Positions 12,924-23,726 are shown, counted from the first letter of the stretch. The stretch: DNA of 64,000 nucleotides from Alphaproteobacteria bacterium (GCA_013286285.1 JABDGA010000002.1:1349-65348); one strand, 5' to 3'. Program-made: numbers and translations. Notes: a model not told the origin generated them from the letters alone.

Positions 12924-14157
12924 GCTCCTTCAGTCCAAGTAGAGTGTATAACTCGCTCACAGCCGCAATGGACTCGTTTGCCAGCGACGGATCGCGCAAA
13001 TCATCTGAAGCGATTCTATCACGATAATGGTTCTCAATCCACTGGCAAAGCGTAGTGAAAAGTAAATTATCCAGTAATAAATTGCTATTAGCTGTGGCGA
13101 GTTCGGCAGGCGTCAGCGGCAGGCGCAGGCGCAGGCAGGCAGGGCCGCCGCCGTTTTTCATGCTTTCGCGCACATCGAGGTAATGCACCGCCGCGATATG
13201 CCCGTCATCTACAAGCCAGGTAAAACATGCCCTAGCTTGCGCATTTTCTTCGCATTCCTGAGGAGCAATCACTACTATTTCCCCGGAAGGAAGGCTTACC
13301 AGCTGGGAATTAAAGAAATAGGTGGAGATGGCGTTTTCCAGGGAAAGCTCTTTTTCCTTGATAAGAATGAGTTTAAAGTCATTTAAATCCTGTACATTCA
13401 TCTCTTCGTAGGCGTTTTCGTGGTAGACAAAGAGATTTTTATGGCTCATCGCAATCACGTCGTTATGGAATACCCCGGCGTCAATCGCTACCGGGTTCTG
13501 GCGCAGAAAAACGGTGCGTTTCAACTTGTGCATTCCGGCGATGGTTTTGGAGGCAAGCAGGGATTGCCGCGCCGGGTATTTACGGCTGGCGCCGCCATAA
13601 ACAAAAATTTCCGTCCCGTGGTTATCGTCCGGCTTGCATAAATGCATGTGATTGGCTGCGCCTTCATCGGCGAAGATGGCATGCGGGGGCAGGGGGGAAT
13701 GATGAATGAAATCTCCGGACGGAAAAATCTGCTTTAAAAGGGCGGAAGTGCTGCCTACTTCAATAAAACGATGAAACTTGCTTATCAAGTTGGCAGGGGT
13801 GATATGCACCTTGCCGTCTTCGCTGTCGGCGCTTGGAGAAACCGTGGCCGCATTGGCAACCCACATGGAAGAAGCAGAATAGGCCTGATGCAGCAATTCC
13901 TTCGGTGTTTTTTCAATGCTCTCCATGCCGAGAGGACGCAGCATTCCCAAGTTCGGTCGCATCTGCGGTGGCATAACCAGTTGCGGAACGCCTAAGTCAT
14001 GAACGAATTTCATTTTGCGTAGCCCTTCCAGCGCCGCCTTTTTAGGGTTGGATACCGATAAGGCATGTTTTTCAGATGCGACATTGCCGAAAGACAGGCC
14101 TGCGTAATTATGTGTCGGGCCGACAAGGCCGTCCATCTGCGCTTCAGGGAGTCGCAT
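12904..14157 (-). CDS. astB: N-succinylarginine dihydrolase
   Basis: 417 aa. The N-terminus 'DGLVGPTHNYAGLSFGNVAS' is the AstB signature. No other ast genes are nearby. Confidence 0.85.
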   Translation of the reverse strand: MRLPEAQMDGLVGPTHNYAGLSFGNVASEKHALSVSNPKKAALEGLRKMKFVHDLGVPQLVMPPQMRPNLGMLRPLGMESIEKTPKELLHQAYSASSMWVANAATVSPSADSEDGKVHITPANLISKFHRFIEVGSTSALLKQIFPSGDFIHHSPLPPHAIFADEGAANHMHLCKPDDNHGTEIFVYGGASRKYPARQSLLASKTIAGMHKLKRTVFLRQNPVAIDAGVFHNDVIAMSHKNLFVYHENAYEEMNVQDLNDFKLILIKEKELSLENAISTYFFNSQLVSLPSGEIVVIAPQECEENAQARACFTWLVDDGHIAAVHYLDVRESMKNGGGPACLRLRLPLTPAELATANSNLLLDNLLFTTLCQWIENHYRDRIASDDLRDPSLANESIAAVSELYTLLGLKELAAHGR

Positions 14158-14252
14158 ATCCGAAAAATCTCCAAAATATTAAGGTCATTAACGTTGTATT
14201 GAGATAAGAAAAAAATGTCAAAATTAGTTTGCGCCGCGTAGCGAGCGGAATA

Positions 14253-14280
14253 CACATCAGGAATTACGGTTCCTGATGTG
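14253..14280. promoter_or_regulatory. Perfect 11-bp inverted repeat in the divergent astB/rpsB intergenic region (candidate operator)
   Basis: cacatcaggaa-ttacgg-ttcctgatgtg. It lies ~96 nt from the astB ATG and ~180 nt from the rpsB ATG, so it cannot terminate either divergent gene. Confidence 0.4.
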
Positions 14281-14460
14281 CAAGAATATGTTGATCTGAC
14301 TGGCATTCTATGTTAAATACGCGCTCCGTTGTCATTAGGTTGGCGGCGAATTCACAGGCAAATCCGGGATTATTTTACTATTTTCCCATCCGGTGCATTG
14401 CTTAGGCGATGTGCTTGATTTGCCGAAGTTTAACCGGATATATAAGGAATATTTAAGACT

Positions 14461-15444
14461 ATGGCATTGCCAAAATTCACCATGAACGAGCTGATTGAAG
14501 CTGGCGCACATTTCGGACATAAGACCAAACGCTGGAACCCTAAGATGGCTCCGTATCTCTTCGGTGTCCGTAACGGGTTGCATATTATAGACCTTCAGCA
14601 GACCGTTCCGCTGCTTCACCGCGCCATGGTCGCCGTGCGTGAGGTCGTGGCAAAGCATGGACGCGTATTGTTTGTCGGCACCAAGCGGCAGGCGGCGGAT
14701 CCAATAGCGGAAAGCGCCAAGGCATGCGGCCAGTATTATATCAACCAGCGCTGGCTGGGCGGAATGCTCACCAACTGGGGCACGATTCAGGCGTCGATTA
14801 AGCGCTTGCGTAAACTGGAAGAATTATTGGCTCAGGAAGATACCGGTCTTACCAAAAAAGAACTCTTGAGCATCACCCACGAGCATGAGAAGCTCGAAAA
14901 ATCGCTCGGTGGTATTAAGGATATGGGCGGTTTGCCGGATTTGATTTTTATCATTGATACCAACAAGGAAGATCTGGCGGTTAAGGAAGCAGCGCGCCTT
15001 AACATTCCGGTGATTGCTATTCTCGACAGCAACTCCTCGCCGGATTTTATTACCTATCCGGTTCCGGCCAACGACGATGCTACGCGTGCCATCAGGCTCT
15101 ATTGCCAGCTGCTCTCGGATGCGGCGATTGACGGCCTGAAGGAAAGCCTTGCCAAATCCGGTAAAGATTTAGGCGAATCCGAAGAAGCGCCTTTCTCCAG
15201 GCATGCAAAAGAAGAGGCGAAGAAAACTGAGCAGGAAAAAACCGTCAAAGAAGAGGAAGCTCACGGTAAGAAGGGCAAAAAGCCTGAAAAGGCTCCCCCG
15301 GTAGTGGTCAAAAAGCAGGCAAAAGGGAAAGAGGTCGAAGCGGCAGAGAAACCGGAAGAGGCAGAGGAAGAAGAAAAATCGGCAAAGCCGGATAAAACTT
15401 CGAAGCCGTCCGCCAAGACTGCAAAAATTAAAAAAGCCGTATAA
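14461..15444 (+). CDS. rpsB: 30S ribosomal protein S2 with long Lys/Glu-rich C-terminal extension
   Basis: N-terminus '[19 protein letters not shown]'. At 327 aa, the last ~85 aa are a low-complexity K/E/A/P tail. Confidence 0.95.
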   Translation: MALPKFTMNELIEAGAHFGHKTKRWNPKMAPYLFGVRNGLHIIDLQQTVPLLHRAMVAVREVVAKHGRVLFVGTKRQAADPIAESAKACGQYYINQRWLGGMLTNWGTIQASIKRLRKLEELLAQEDTGLTKKELLSITHEHEKLEKSLGGIKDMGGLPDLIFIIDTNKEDLAVKEAARLNIPVIAILDSNSSPDFITYPVPANDDATRAIRLYCQLLSDAAIDGLKESLAKSGKDLGESEEAPFSRHAKEEAKKTEQEKTVKEEEAHGKKGKKPEKAPPVVVKKQAKGKEVEAAEKPEEAEEEEKSAKPDKTSKPSAKTAKIKKAV

Positions 15445-15460
15445 AACAGTGAGGTAACCT

Positions 15461-16393
15461 ATGAGTGATATATCCGCCTCTATCATCAAAGACTTACGTG
15501 AGATGACCGGTGCAGGCATGATGGACTGCAAAAAGGCGCTGACCGAGACCAAGGGTGTCATACATGAGGCTGTAGACTGGCTGCGCAAAAAAGGCTTGGC
15601 TTCGGCTGCGAAAAAAGCCGGGCGTGTCGCTGCCGAAGGGTTGGTTGCCGTAAGCAGCGCAGGCAATGTTGGCGCTATTATTGAGCTGAATGCGGAAACG
15701 GATTTTGTCGCCCGTAATGATCAATTCCAGGCACTGGCAAAAAACATCGCGGATGCAGCGCTCAAAGATGGCAAGGATATTGAGCAGCTTAAGCAGGCTA
15801 AGGATACATCCGGCGTAGCGGTTTCCGAGCAGGTCGCCCAGCTCATTGGCAAGATCGGAGAAAACATGAACCTGCGCCGTAGCGCAAGGCTTGAAGTGGC
15901 AAATGGTGTCGTGGCTACCTATATCCATAGTGCCATAGCTCCGGGATTGGGTAAGATTGGCGTGCTGGTAGCCCTTGAATCCACCGGCGACAAGGCAAAG
16001 CTCGAAGCGGTCGGCAAGCAAATCGCCATGCATATTGCCGCTGCCAAGCCAGAAGCGCTGGCGGTAAGCGATGTAGCACCGGAAAGACTTGCCCGTGAAC
16101 GCAATGTATTCAAGGAACAGGCGATTGCCTCCGGAAAACCGGCGGAAATTGCGGAGAAGATGGTGGAAGGCCGTGTACGTAAATATTATGAGGAAGTGGT
16201 GCTGCTTGAACAGATCTATGTGATCGATAACAAGACCAAGGTGTCTCAAGTAGTCGCCGATGCTGCAAAGACGGTAGGCGCGCCGGTAAAGCTCGTTGCT
16301 TTCGCACATTTCAAGCTGGGTGACGGCATTGAAAAGCAGGAATCGGATTTTGCTGCGGAAGTGGCTGCCACTGCGTCCGGTGCAGCGGCGTAA
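15461..16393 (+). CDS. tsf: Elongation factor Ts
   Basis: 310 aa with 'IKDLREMTGAGMMDCKKAL' and 'ELNAETDFVARN'. Confidence 0.95.
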   Translation: MSDISASIIKDLREMTGAGMMDCKKALTETKGVIHEAVDWLRKKGLASAAKKAGRVAAEGLVAVSSAGNVGAIIELNAETDFVARNDQFQALAKNIADAALKDGKDIEQLKQAKDTSGVAVSEQVAQLIGKIGENMNLRRSARLEVANGVVATYIHSAIAPGLGKIGVLVALESTGDKAKLEAVGKQIAMHIAAAKPEALAVSDVAPERLARERNVFKEQAIASGKPAEIAEKMVEGRVRKYYEEVVLLEQIYVIDNKTKVSQVVADAAKTVGAPVKLVAFAHFKLGDGIEKQESDFAAEVAATASGAAA

Positions 16394-16403
16394 AGTATTA
16401 TAA

Positions 16404-16440
16404 GGCGTATGGGACATGTATGGAGATAATCCCATACGCC
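16404..16440 (+). promoter_or_regulatory. 11-bp perfect stem-loop spanning the queE ribosome-binding region and start codon
   Basis: ggcgtatggga (16404-16414) pairs with tcccatacgcc (16430-16440). The 15-nt loop contains the queE ATG (16416). The structure starts 11 nt after the tsf stop. Confidence 0.5.
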
Positions 16441-17075
16441 AGCCGCTTTCTGGTGACGGTCTGACGCTCAATATCCAATCTATATTTGCCACTTTGCAGG
16501 GAGAAGGCCCCTATGTAGGCTGGCCAGCGATATTCATACGCTTAGGCGGCTGCAACCTCGCCTGCAGTTTTTGCGATACGGAATTTGAAAGCTTCCAGCC
16601 ATTAAAGCTTGGCGATATCCTTGATACAGTCAGACGACTAACAACCAGCAACCAACGACTGATTGTCATCACCGGCGGTGAGCCGTTCCTCCAGCCGATA
16701 GAACCTTTATGCACACGCCTGCTGGAGGCCGGATTCAAGGTGCAGATTGAAACCAACGGTACGTTATACCGCGAATTGCCTGATGCAGTGGATATTGTCT
16801 GTTCACCGAAAAATACGGGCAAAGGGTATTTCCCTATAAGGCCGGATCTGCTTGCACGGGTAAATGCCTTCAAGTTCCTTATATCGGCGCAGAACACGGA
16901 TTACTCCATGATTGGCGAAGTAGGGCAGGGCCAGCGCGTTCCGGTCTATGTGCAGCCGATGGATGAATATGATGCGGAGAAAAACCGTGCCAACTTACAG
17001 CATGCTACTGATCTGGCCATGGAGCATGGTTATCGTCTATGCCTGCAACTTCATAAGATTGCAGGTATTGAATGA
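16416..17075 (+). CDS. queE: 7-carboxy-7-deazaguanine synthase (radical SAM)
   Basis: 219 aa with 'QGEGPYVG' and the cluster '[11 protein letters not shown]'. Confidence 0.9.
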   Translation: MYGDNPIRQPLSGDGLTLNIQSIFATLQGEGPYVGWPAIFIRLGGCNLACSFCDTEFESFQPLKLGDILDTVRRLTTSNQRLIVITGGEPFLQPIEPLCTRLLEAGFKVQIETNGTLYRELPDAVDIVCSPKNTGKGYFPIRPDLLARVNAFKFLISAQNTDYSMIGEVGQGQRVPVYVQPMDEYDAEKNRANLQHATDLAMEHGYRLCLQLHKIAGIE

Positions 17076-17755
17076 ATAAAAAAGCCGTATTGCTCTTAAG
17101 CGGGGGATTGGATTCAGCCACGGCGTTTGCCCTGGCGGAGGCGCAGGGTTTTGACGTATATGCGCTCAGTTTTCGCTATGGCCAGCGCCATGAAGTGGAG
17201 TTGGATGCTGCCAGGGCCATCGCCCAAAAAATGGGAGCAAAGGAGCATAAAATCGCCGAGATTGACCTGCGTTTATTCGGCGGCTCTGCACTCACGGCGG
17301 ATATTGCCGTGCCCAAGCATAACGCTGCGCACGAAATAAGTACGGATATTCCTATTACCTATGTCCCTGCGCGCAACACGATATTCCTTTCCTTTGCGCT
17401 GGCGTGGGCGGAAGTATTAAAGGCTTACGATATTTTTATTGGCGTGAATGCAGTGGATTATAGCGGATATCCTGACTGCCGCCCGGAATTCATTTCTGCT
17501 TTTGAAGATATGGCGAATAAGGCGACGGCCTATGGTGTGGAAGCAAAACATAAAATTCGTATCCATACGCCCTTGATTCAACTTACCAAAGCCGAAATAA
17601 TACGCAAAGGCATGGAACTCAGCGTGGATTATGCACTGACCATAAGCTGCTATGATCCTACGCCGGAGGGCAAAGCTTGCGGGCATTGTGACAGCTGCCT
17701 GCTGCGTGCAAAGGGGTTTCAAGAGAATAATATAAACGATCCGGCAATAAGGTAA
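17072..17755 (+). CDS. queC: 7-cyano-7-deazaguanine synthase
   Basis: 227 aa with PP-loop 'LLSGGLDS' and C-terminal Zn site 'CGHCDSC'. Confidence 0.95.
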   Translation: MNKKAVLLLSGGLDSATAFALAEAQGFDVYALSFRYGQRHEVELDAARAIAQKMGAKEHKIAEIDLRLFGGSALTADIAVPKHNAAHEISTDIPITYVPARNTIFLSFALAWAEVLKAYDIFIGVNAVDYSGYPDCRPEFISAFEDMANKATAYGVEAKHKIRIHTPLIQLTKAEIIRKGMELSVDYALTISCYDPTPEGKACGHCDSCLLRAKGFQENNINDPAIR

Positions 17756-17759
17756 GTGT

Positions 17760-18212
17760 ATGAAAAAGAAATTGCAGGTGCTCGGTAAACAGACCTCAGG
17801 CCATGCCTCTCCGGAGGAAGCGGTAATTGAAACGGTCAAGAATCCCCATGCGGATACGGATTACGTGGTACGCTTTACCTGTCCGGAATTCACTTCCATC
17901 TGCCCGGTGACCGGCCAGCCGGACTTTGCCCATATGGTGATTGATTATGTTCCTGCCAAAACCATTGTGGAAAGTAAATCGCTGAAGCTGTTTATGGGAT
18001 CGTTCCGCAATTACGGCGCTTTTCACGAGGACTGCACTATCACCATTGCCAAACGCCTGATACACGCAATGAAGCCGAAATGGCTGCGCATCGGCGGCTA
18101 CTGGTATCCGCGCGGCGGCATCCCGATTGATATATTTTACCAATACGGCGAATTGCCAGAAGGACTATGGCTTCCCGATACCGGCGTTGCATCCTATCGT
18201 GGGCGTGGATAA
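17760..18212 (+). CDS. queF: NADPH-dependent 7-cyano-7-deazaguanine reductase (unimodular type)
   Basis: 150 aa with '[18 protein letters not shown]' and 'ESKSLKLF'. Confidence 0.9.
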   Translation: MKKKLQVLGKQTSGHASPEEAVIETVKNPHADTDYVVRFTCPEFTSICPVTGQPDFAHMVIDYVPAKTIVESKSLKLFMGSFRNYGAFHEDCTITIAKRLIHAMKPKWLRIGGYWYPRGGIPIDIFYQYGELPEGLWLPDTGVASYRGRG

Positions 18213-18287
18213 AAATAAATGCTTTTGCGAGGATATGCGGAGGAGTTCTTATACGACGCCCCGCAGGGGAGGTTTCGTGGAGCGAAA

Positions 18288-18308
18288 TTGGGGGCAGCAT
18301 GCCCCCAA
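18288..18308. terminator. Hairpin between convergent queF and the UPF0262 gene
   Basis: ttgggggca / tgcccccaa form a 9-bp stem with a 3-nt loop. Confidence 0.55.
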
Positions 18309-18313
18309 TAAGA

Positions 18314-18790
18314 TCATTTCAAATGCAGTGCGCAAATCAGGGTAAATAACCGGCGCGCCGTTTCGTAGTCCATCTCCAACGTTTCGGCAGTCATGCTTGC
18401 AAGCAAATCCGCGCCTTCATTGTGCAGCCCGCGCCTGCTCATATCTATGGCCTCGATGCGTTGCAGGTTCCCAGTTTTTATAGCGTCGAAATAACTCTCG
18501 CAGATGAGGAAATAATCGCGGATAAGGCTGCGGAAGGGCGCAATGGTGATAGGGATGGCAACCGGTTTGGCAACAGATGGCGACGTTGCCGAAAACACGA
18601 TACGGTTTTTGCTTGCGCTTAGGGCAATATCATACGGCCCTTGCATCTGTATGCCGTCTTTTTTCTTAATGGAAAAATGATTCCACTCGATAAGATCATT
18701 GACCGCGACACTGCGCTCGTGATCGATTTCCTTGCTGCGTCCGGCAATGCTTGCCTCATCCAGCGATATGGAGGCTATGTACTGTGTCAT
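18314..18790 (-). CDS. UPF0262-family protein
   Basis: 158 aa. Overlaps the hisD stop. This hisD-linked small protein is a recurrent alphaproteobacterial arrangement (from recall). Confidence 0.65.
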   Translation of the reverse strand: MTQYIASISLDEASIAGRSKEIDHERSVAVNDLIEWNHFSIKKKDGIQMQGPYDIALSASKNRIVFSATSPSVAKPVAIPITIAPFRSLIRDYFLICESYFDAIKTGNLQRIEAIDMSRRGLHNEGADLLASMTAETLEMDYETARRLFTLICALHLK

Positions 18791-20073
18791 AACCGTAGCG
18801 TTAGGGATAATTCGTGTGCGGCTAAGCCCTCTGTTTTTGCCAGCAGGGCGGCATCCCTGCCGATTTTTCTCACCGATGTTGCATCACAGCCGATAAGGGA
18901 AGTACGTTTCAGGAAGTCATATACCGACAAACCAGAGGAAAAACGAGCCGTTGCGAATGTGGGCAGCACGTGCGAAGGGCCGGCGATATAATCGCCAATG
19001 GCTTCAGGCGTATAACGGCCCAGGAATATTGCTCCGGCATGGCGGACATGCTTGGTAAGTGTATCCGGACTTGCAACCGCAAGTTCCAGATGCTCCGGCG
19101 CAATACGGTTGATGATTTCCGGTGCTTCCTGCAGTTTCTTTACTATAATGATCGCGCCATAATTATTCCATGAAGTGCGGCTTATCTCATGACGGGGCAA
19201 CGTATGCAGAATATGTTCAATCGTTTTTTCCACCTCGGCGGCAAATTGCTTATCGTCCGTAATCAGGATCGATTGTGACAGCACGTCATGTTCCGCCTGT
19301 GACATCAAATCGGCGGCAATCCATTCCGGCTTGTTCTTATTATCGGCGACTATGAGGATTTCTGACGGGCCTGCGATCATATCAATGCCGACCTTGCCGA
19401 ATACCTGCCGCTTGGCTTCCGCGACATAGGCGTTACCCGGCCCTACGATTTTATCTACCGGCGCGATGGTTTGTGTCCCATAGGCCAGTGCTGCTACCGC
19501 CTGCGCCCCCCCTATCCGGTATATCTCCTCCACTCCGGCGATATCGGCGGCGGCCAGTACAGCGGGATTAATTTTGCCATCCGGCGTTGGCACTACCATT
19601 ACTAGGCGCTTCACTGCGGCAACCTGGGCAGGAATTGCATTCACCAGCACGGAACTAGGGTAAGATGCCGTTCCGCCAGGCACATAAAGCCCCACTGCAT
19701 CTATAGCGTTCCAACGCCAACCGAGCGTTATACCTTGTGCATCCTTATAGCGCAGGTCTTTCGGCAATTGTTTCTTATGGTAACTGCGGATGCGCTTTGC
19801 CGCATGTTCCAGCGCGGAAACGACTGCCTTGCTACAGGCCTTGCGGGCTTTTGTAATTTCTGCCTTGCTTATGCGTAGTTCACCTGAAGAAAGCCGGATA
19901 CGATCAAATCTCTCCGTAAGCGCGATGACCGCCTTATCGCCTTCCGTTCTTACCTGCGCGATAATCTTTCTAGCCACCTCTGTTACATCCTGTTCGCTGG
20001 TTTGGCGCAGGTTCAGGAATGTATGGAATTTTTCTTGAAAACCCTTTTCTGAATTATCGAGTTTCGTGACCAT
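18787..20073 (-). CDS. hisD: Histidinol dehydrogenase
   Basis: 428 aa with '[12 protein letters not shown]' and 'AEHD'. Confidence 0.95.
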   Translation of the reverse strand: MVTKLDNSEKGFQEKFHTFLNLRQTSEQDVTEVARKIIAQVRTEGDKAVIALTERFDRIRLSSGELRISKAEITKARKACSKAVVSALEHAAKRIRSYHKKQLPKDLRYKDAQGITLGWRWNAIDAVGLYVPGGTASYPSSVLVNAIPAQVAAVKRLVMVVPTPDGKINPAVLAAADIAGVEEIYRIGGAQAVAALAYGTQTIAPVDKIVGPGNAYVAEAKRQVFGKVGIDMIAGPSEILIVADNKNKPEWIAADLMSQAEHDVLSQSILITDDKQFAAEVEKTIEHILHTLPRHEISRTSWNNYGAIIIVKKLQEAPEIINRIAPEHLELAVASPDTLTKHVRHAGAIFLGRYTPEAIGDYIAGPSHVLPTFATARFSSGLSVYDFLKRTSLIGCDATSVRKIGRDAALLAKTEGLAAHELSLTLRL

Positions 20074-20722
20074 TTACCGCGTCCTTGAATTTCTTTATCC
20101 ATGTATTCAGCTGCTCGCTGCGTGTTTTGAAGGCTGTCCGGTTGACAATCAGGCGCGAGGATACGTCCATGATTTTTTCAATCTCCACCAATCCATTGGC
20201 TTTGAGCGTCGCGCCGCTGCTCACCAGATCCACGATATGGCGGCATAGCCCGAGTTTTGGCGCCAGTTCCATGGCGCCGGAGAGTTTGATGCATTCAGCC
20301 TGGATACCGCGATTGGCGAAATACTGGCTGGTGATATGCGGATATTTGGTGGCAATGCGAACGTGACTCCATCGCGAAGGATCATCGGTTCTTACGCTTT
20401 TGGCGAGTTCTGCCACAGACAGGCGGCATTTTCCTATGCCCAAATCCAGCGGGGCATAGACATCGGGAAAATCAAATTCATCCAGCACGTCGCTGCCTGC
20501 CACGCCCAGATGCGCCGCTCCGAAGGCGACGAAAGTAGCCACGTCAAAACTGCGGATGCGAATGATGGAAAGCTCGGGATTATTGGTAGAAAATTGTAGT
20601 TTGCGGCTGCTTTCATTGAAAAAATCTGCTTCCGGAATAATGCCCGCGCACGTAAGCAGGGGGTCTAGTTCCTGAAGAATCCGGCCCTTGGGGACTGCTA
20701 ATGTAAGAGATGTGTTGCTCAT
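20054..20722 (-). CDS. hisG: ATP phosphoribosyltransferase (short form)
   Basis: 222 aa with '[10 protein letters not shown]' and '[15 protein letters not shown]'. Confidence 0.9.
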   Translation of the reverse strand: MSNTSLTLAVPKGRILQELDPLLTCAGIIPEADFFNESSRKLQFSTNNPELSIIRIRSFDVATFVAFGAAHLGVAGSDVLDEFDFPDVYAPLDLGIGKCRLSVAELAKSVRTDDPSRWSHVRIATKYPHITSQYFANRGIQAECIKLSGAMELAPKLGLCRHIVDLVSSGATLKANGLVEIEKIMDVSSRLIVNRTAFKTRSEQLNTWIKKFKDAVNGHETR

Positions 20723-22002
20723 GCGTGAATACGTTCAATATCCGCGCCGCAGGCGGAGAGTTTTTCTTCCAGCCGTTCATATCCGCGATCCAGATGATAG
20801 ACGCGATTAATGACGGTGATATTTTTGGCGGCAAGTGCGGCAATTACCAGTGAAACTGAGGCACGAAGGTCGGTGGCCATCACTTCCGCGCCGGTGAGGC
20901 TTTTTACGCCGCGTATCATAGCGGAGGCGCTGTGGACGTTGATTCTTGCCCCCATGCGTGAAAGTTCTGGAACATGCATGAAACGGTTTTCAAAAATCGT
21001 CTCTGTAATCATGGATGCGCCTTTGGCAACGGTCATGAGCGCCATCATCTGCGCCTGCATGTCTGTGGGGAATCCAGGAAAGGGTTGTGTCATAACATCC
21101 ACACCCAGCAGTCCATTCCTGCGGTTTACCCGGACGCCTTCTGCAGTGGGGGTAATATCAACCCCGGCTTCAGAGAATTTTTCCGCGACCGTTCCCAGAA
21201 TATGGACATCAATGCCACGCAGTTCGATATCGCCACCGGTAATGGCGGCAGCGGCGGCATAACTTCCGGCTTCAATGCGATCGGCAATCACCCGGTGTTC
21301 CGTCCCCTTCAATTGTTCTATGCCGCGCACAACGAGCGTATCGCTGCCTATGCCCTGAATATCCGCGCCCATTTTTACCAGGCAATGCGCAAGATCGGAT
21401 ACTTCCGGCTCACGGGCAGCGTTGCGTAGTGTGGTTTCCCCCTCGGCAAGTACCGCTGCCATCAGGATGTTTTCTGTTCCGGTTACGGTCACAGTGTCGA
21501 ATGTAATCTCCGCGCCGCGCAGCCTGCCTTTGACATAAGCATGGATATAGCCATCGGACAGCTCAATCAGCGCGCCCATCTGTTCCAGCGCTTTCAGGTG
21601 CAGATCAATAGGACGTGTGCCGATGGCGCAGCCGCCTGGCAGCGACACTTTCGCCTGCCCAAAACGCGCAAGTAGGGGGCCAAGCACCAACACGGAGGCG
21701 CGCATTGTGCGCACGAGATTGTAAGGTGCAGTGAAATTGTTGATATTCCGGGCATTTAACGTAAGGGTGCGCCCGTTACTGGAATGAGAGGCTGGTTTTT
21801 CATCCATATGCAACGTGACGCCATGCTGGACCATCAGGTTGGCCATGGTCACCACATCGGCCAGGTAGGGAATATTGGAAAGCGTCAATTTTCCTTCCGT
21901 CAGCAGTGAAGCGGCCATTAGCGGCAGCGCTGCATTCTTTGCTCCGCTTATCGAAATAATGCCTTTAAGCGCCTTGCCGCCGCGTATGCGTATTTTATCC
22001 AT
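20719..22002 (-). CDS. murA: UDP-N-acetylglucosamine 1-carboxyvinyltransferase
   Basis: 427 aa with '[10 protein letters not shown]', '[16 protein letters not shown]' and '[11 protein letters not shown]'. Confidence 0.95.
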   Translation of the reverse strand: MDKIRIRGGKALKGIISISGAKNAALPLMAASLLTEGKLTLSNIPYLADVVTMANLMVQHGVTLHMDEKPASHSSNGRTLTLNARNINNFTAPYNLVRTMRASVLVLGPLLARFGQAKVSLPGGCAIGTRPIDLHLKALEQMGALIELSDGYIHAYVKGRLRGAEITFDTVTVTGTENILMAAVLAEGETTLRNAAREPEVSDLAHCLVKMGADIQGIGSDTLVVRGIEQLKGTEHRVIADRIEAGSYAAAAAITGGDIELRGIDVHILGTVAEKFSEAGVDITPTAEGVRVNRRNGLLGVDVMTQPFPGFPTDMQAQMMALMTVAKGASMITETIFENRFMHVPELSRMGARINVHSASAMIRGVKSLTGAEVMATDLRASVSLVIAALAAKNITVINRVYHLDRGYERLEEKLSACGADIERIHA

Positions 22003-22071
22003 TACAGTTCCTGAAGAAATCTATTGGAATATGTATAGATAACCAGTGGGAGTCAATCAAATTACTTCTTG

Positions 22072-22539
22072 TTAATTCTTTCCCGGAATGCCCTTGCGCG
22101 CCAGCGCGTCCGCCCGTTCATTCATCGGATCCCCGTTATGCCCTTTTACCCAGTGCCATTTTATGTCATGTTTTGCGGCGGCTTCCTCTAGCATCTGCCA
22201 TAGATCCGTGTTCTTGACCGGTTTTTTGTCGGCAGTTTTCCAGCCGCGCCTTTTCCAGTCGGAAATCCAGGTGGTGATGCCATTGCGGACGTAATTACTG
22301 TCGGTATATAAAGCCACCCGGCATTTTTTCTTCAGCGCGGAAAGTGCCTGAATTGCCGCCATAAGCTCCATGCGGTTATTGGTGGTGTTCTTCTCCCCGC
22401 CGGACAAATCCTTTTCCCGGCCTCCTGCAATGAGTACGGCTCCCCAGCCGCCAGGCCCGGGATTGCCCGAACATGCGCCGTCCGTATAAATAGTAACATG
22501 AGTGATTTGATCCATATCGGAATTTACAGTGTTTTGCAT
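22072..22539 (-). CDS. rnhA: Ribonuclease HI
   Basis: 155 aa with '[17 protein letters not shown]', 'TNNRMEL' and 'WVKGHNG...NERAD'. Confidence 0.95.
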   Translation of the reverse strand: MQNTVNSDMDQITHVTIYTDGACSGNPGPGGWGAVLIAGGREKDLSGGEKNTTNNRMELMAAIQALSALKKKCRVALYTDSNYVRNGITTWISDWKRRGWKTADKKPVKNTDLWQMLEEAAAKHDIKWHWVKGHNGDPMNERADALARKGIPGKN

Positions 22540-22625
22540 AATTATTAAGGGATCTTTCCAGCTTTCAGCATGTCTATGATAGGACTCTATTCTTGTCTAT
22601 AAAAACCGGTTTCATGCTCACCTGC

Positions 22626-23726
22626 TTAATTCTCAAAAATCAGCAGAAGGTATGCGGCGAACAGAATCAAGTGCACCAATCCTTGCAGTACATTAGTGCG
22701 GCCGCTTGCGAAAGTCACAATGCTTACCGTAAGCGTAAGCAGGAGCATCACGGTGTCGGTGTGCTGCAGGCCCAGGACGATGCTTTGTCCGCTGAAGCTG
22801 CTGACTGCCAGTATGGCAGGAATGGTGAGGCCAATCGTGGAAAGCACCGAGCCAAGGAATATATTTACGGCACGTTGCAAGCGGTTGGCGATGGCTGCGC
22901 GGATAGCGCCGAGGGCTTCCGGAGTTGCCACCAGCAGGGCGATGGTGATGCCGCCGAGCTTTCCTGGGACGTGAAGTGTATCAATCAGGTAATCGAGCGG
23001 TTTGGAAAATTGTTCCGCCAGGAAGATGACCGGAACCATATATATTGCAAGCAGTATGGCATGATATGCAAGCGGATGCGGTGTGGTTGGAGTATTATGT
23101 TCCGTCTCGTCACCGAAATGGAAGTATCCGCGGTGGCGACCGGTCTGCATCACGAGGAAAGCGCCATAGAGACTGAGGAAAATGATCGCCAGAAATGTCT
23201 CCTGCAAGGCGGATAACTTAGGACCTGGTGTGGTCAGGGTATAATTGGGCAGTATAAGGCTCAGCACGGCCAGAGGTATGATCACACAGAGATAGGTATT
23301 CGCCCCCTGGAGATTATAGTATTGTTCCCTGTGCCGCCATGCGCCGATGAGCAGGGAAAAGCCTACCATGCCGTTGAGGACGATCATGATGACGGAAAAT
23401 AACGTGTCACGCGCCATAGCGGGGTTGTCGCCGTGTGTCATGACGGCGGAGATGCTCATGACCTCGATGGAGGTGACTGCAAGCGTGAGTATGAGTGTTC
23501 CGTACGGCTCCCCTAGTCGGATGGCCAGATGGTCGGCATGGCGGACGACGGACAGCGCGGCTCCAAGAATGACAGCAAACAGCCAGATAGACAGGATTCC
23601 CAGCCAGTAAGGATTGGCGAGATGCTCAGATAATGTATCGTCGAAAAAGAATATAAGGCTGGTTCCCAGGCTGATGCCGAGCAGCCACTCCTTTCTGGTA
23701 AACATTACGAGCCGGTGTATCATCAC
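22626..23726 (-). CDS. chaA: Ca2+/H+ antiporter (CaCA family, ChaA-like)
   Basis: 366 aa polytopic membrane protein with two alpha-repeat-like 'G...PE' segments ('LLVATPEALGAI') and typical ChaA length. Confidence 0.7.
   Translation of the reverse strand: MMIHRLVMFTRKEWLLGISLGTSLIFFFDDTLSEHLANPYWLGILSIWLFAVILGAALSVVRHADHLAIRLGEPYGTLILTLAVTSIEVMSISAVMTHGDNPAMARDTLFSVIMIVLNGMVGFSLLIGAWRHREQYYNLQGANTYLCVIIPLAVLSLILPNYTLTTPGPKLSALQETFLAIIFLSLYGAFLVMQTGRHRGYFHFGDETEHNTPTTPHPLAYHAILLAIYMVPVIFLAEQFSKPLDYLIDTLHVPGKLGGITIALLVATPEALGAIRAAIANRLQRAVNIFLGSVLSTIGLTIPAILAVSSFSGQSIVLGLQHTDTVMLLLTLTVSIVTFASGRTNVLQGLVHLILFAAYLLLIFEN

Noticed and set aside
16394-16440. A preQ1 riboswitch upstream of queE.
   Set aside because: The hairpin lacks the short P1 stem and A-rich 3' tail pseudoknot layout I recall for preQ1-I/II. 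queE/C/F are also not the usual preQ1-regulated genes when preceded by 22 nt only. I kept it as a generic regulatory hairpin.
15494-16492. 332-aa ORF antisense to tsf. Similar long antisense ORFs: 2898-3533 (aceA), 4030-4602 (cpaF), 34933-35634 (gpsA), 38370-39056 (lpoA-like), 43391-44053 (slt), 58751-59329 (OMT), 22593-23216 (chaA).
   Set aside because: All lie opposite genes with unambiguous conserved motifs in a GC-rich backbone, where stop-poor antisense frames are expected. Their translations are Arg/Cys/His-rich low-complexity sequences with no motifs.
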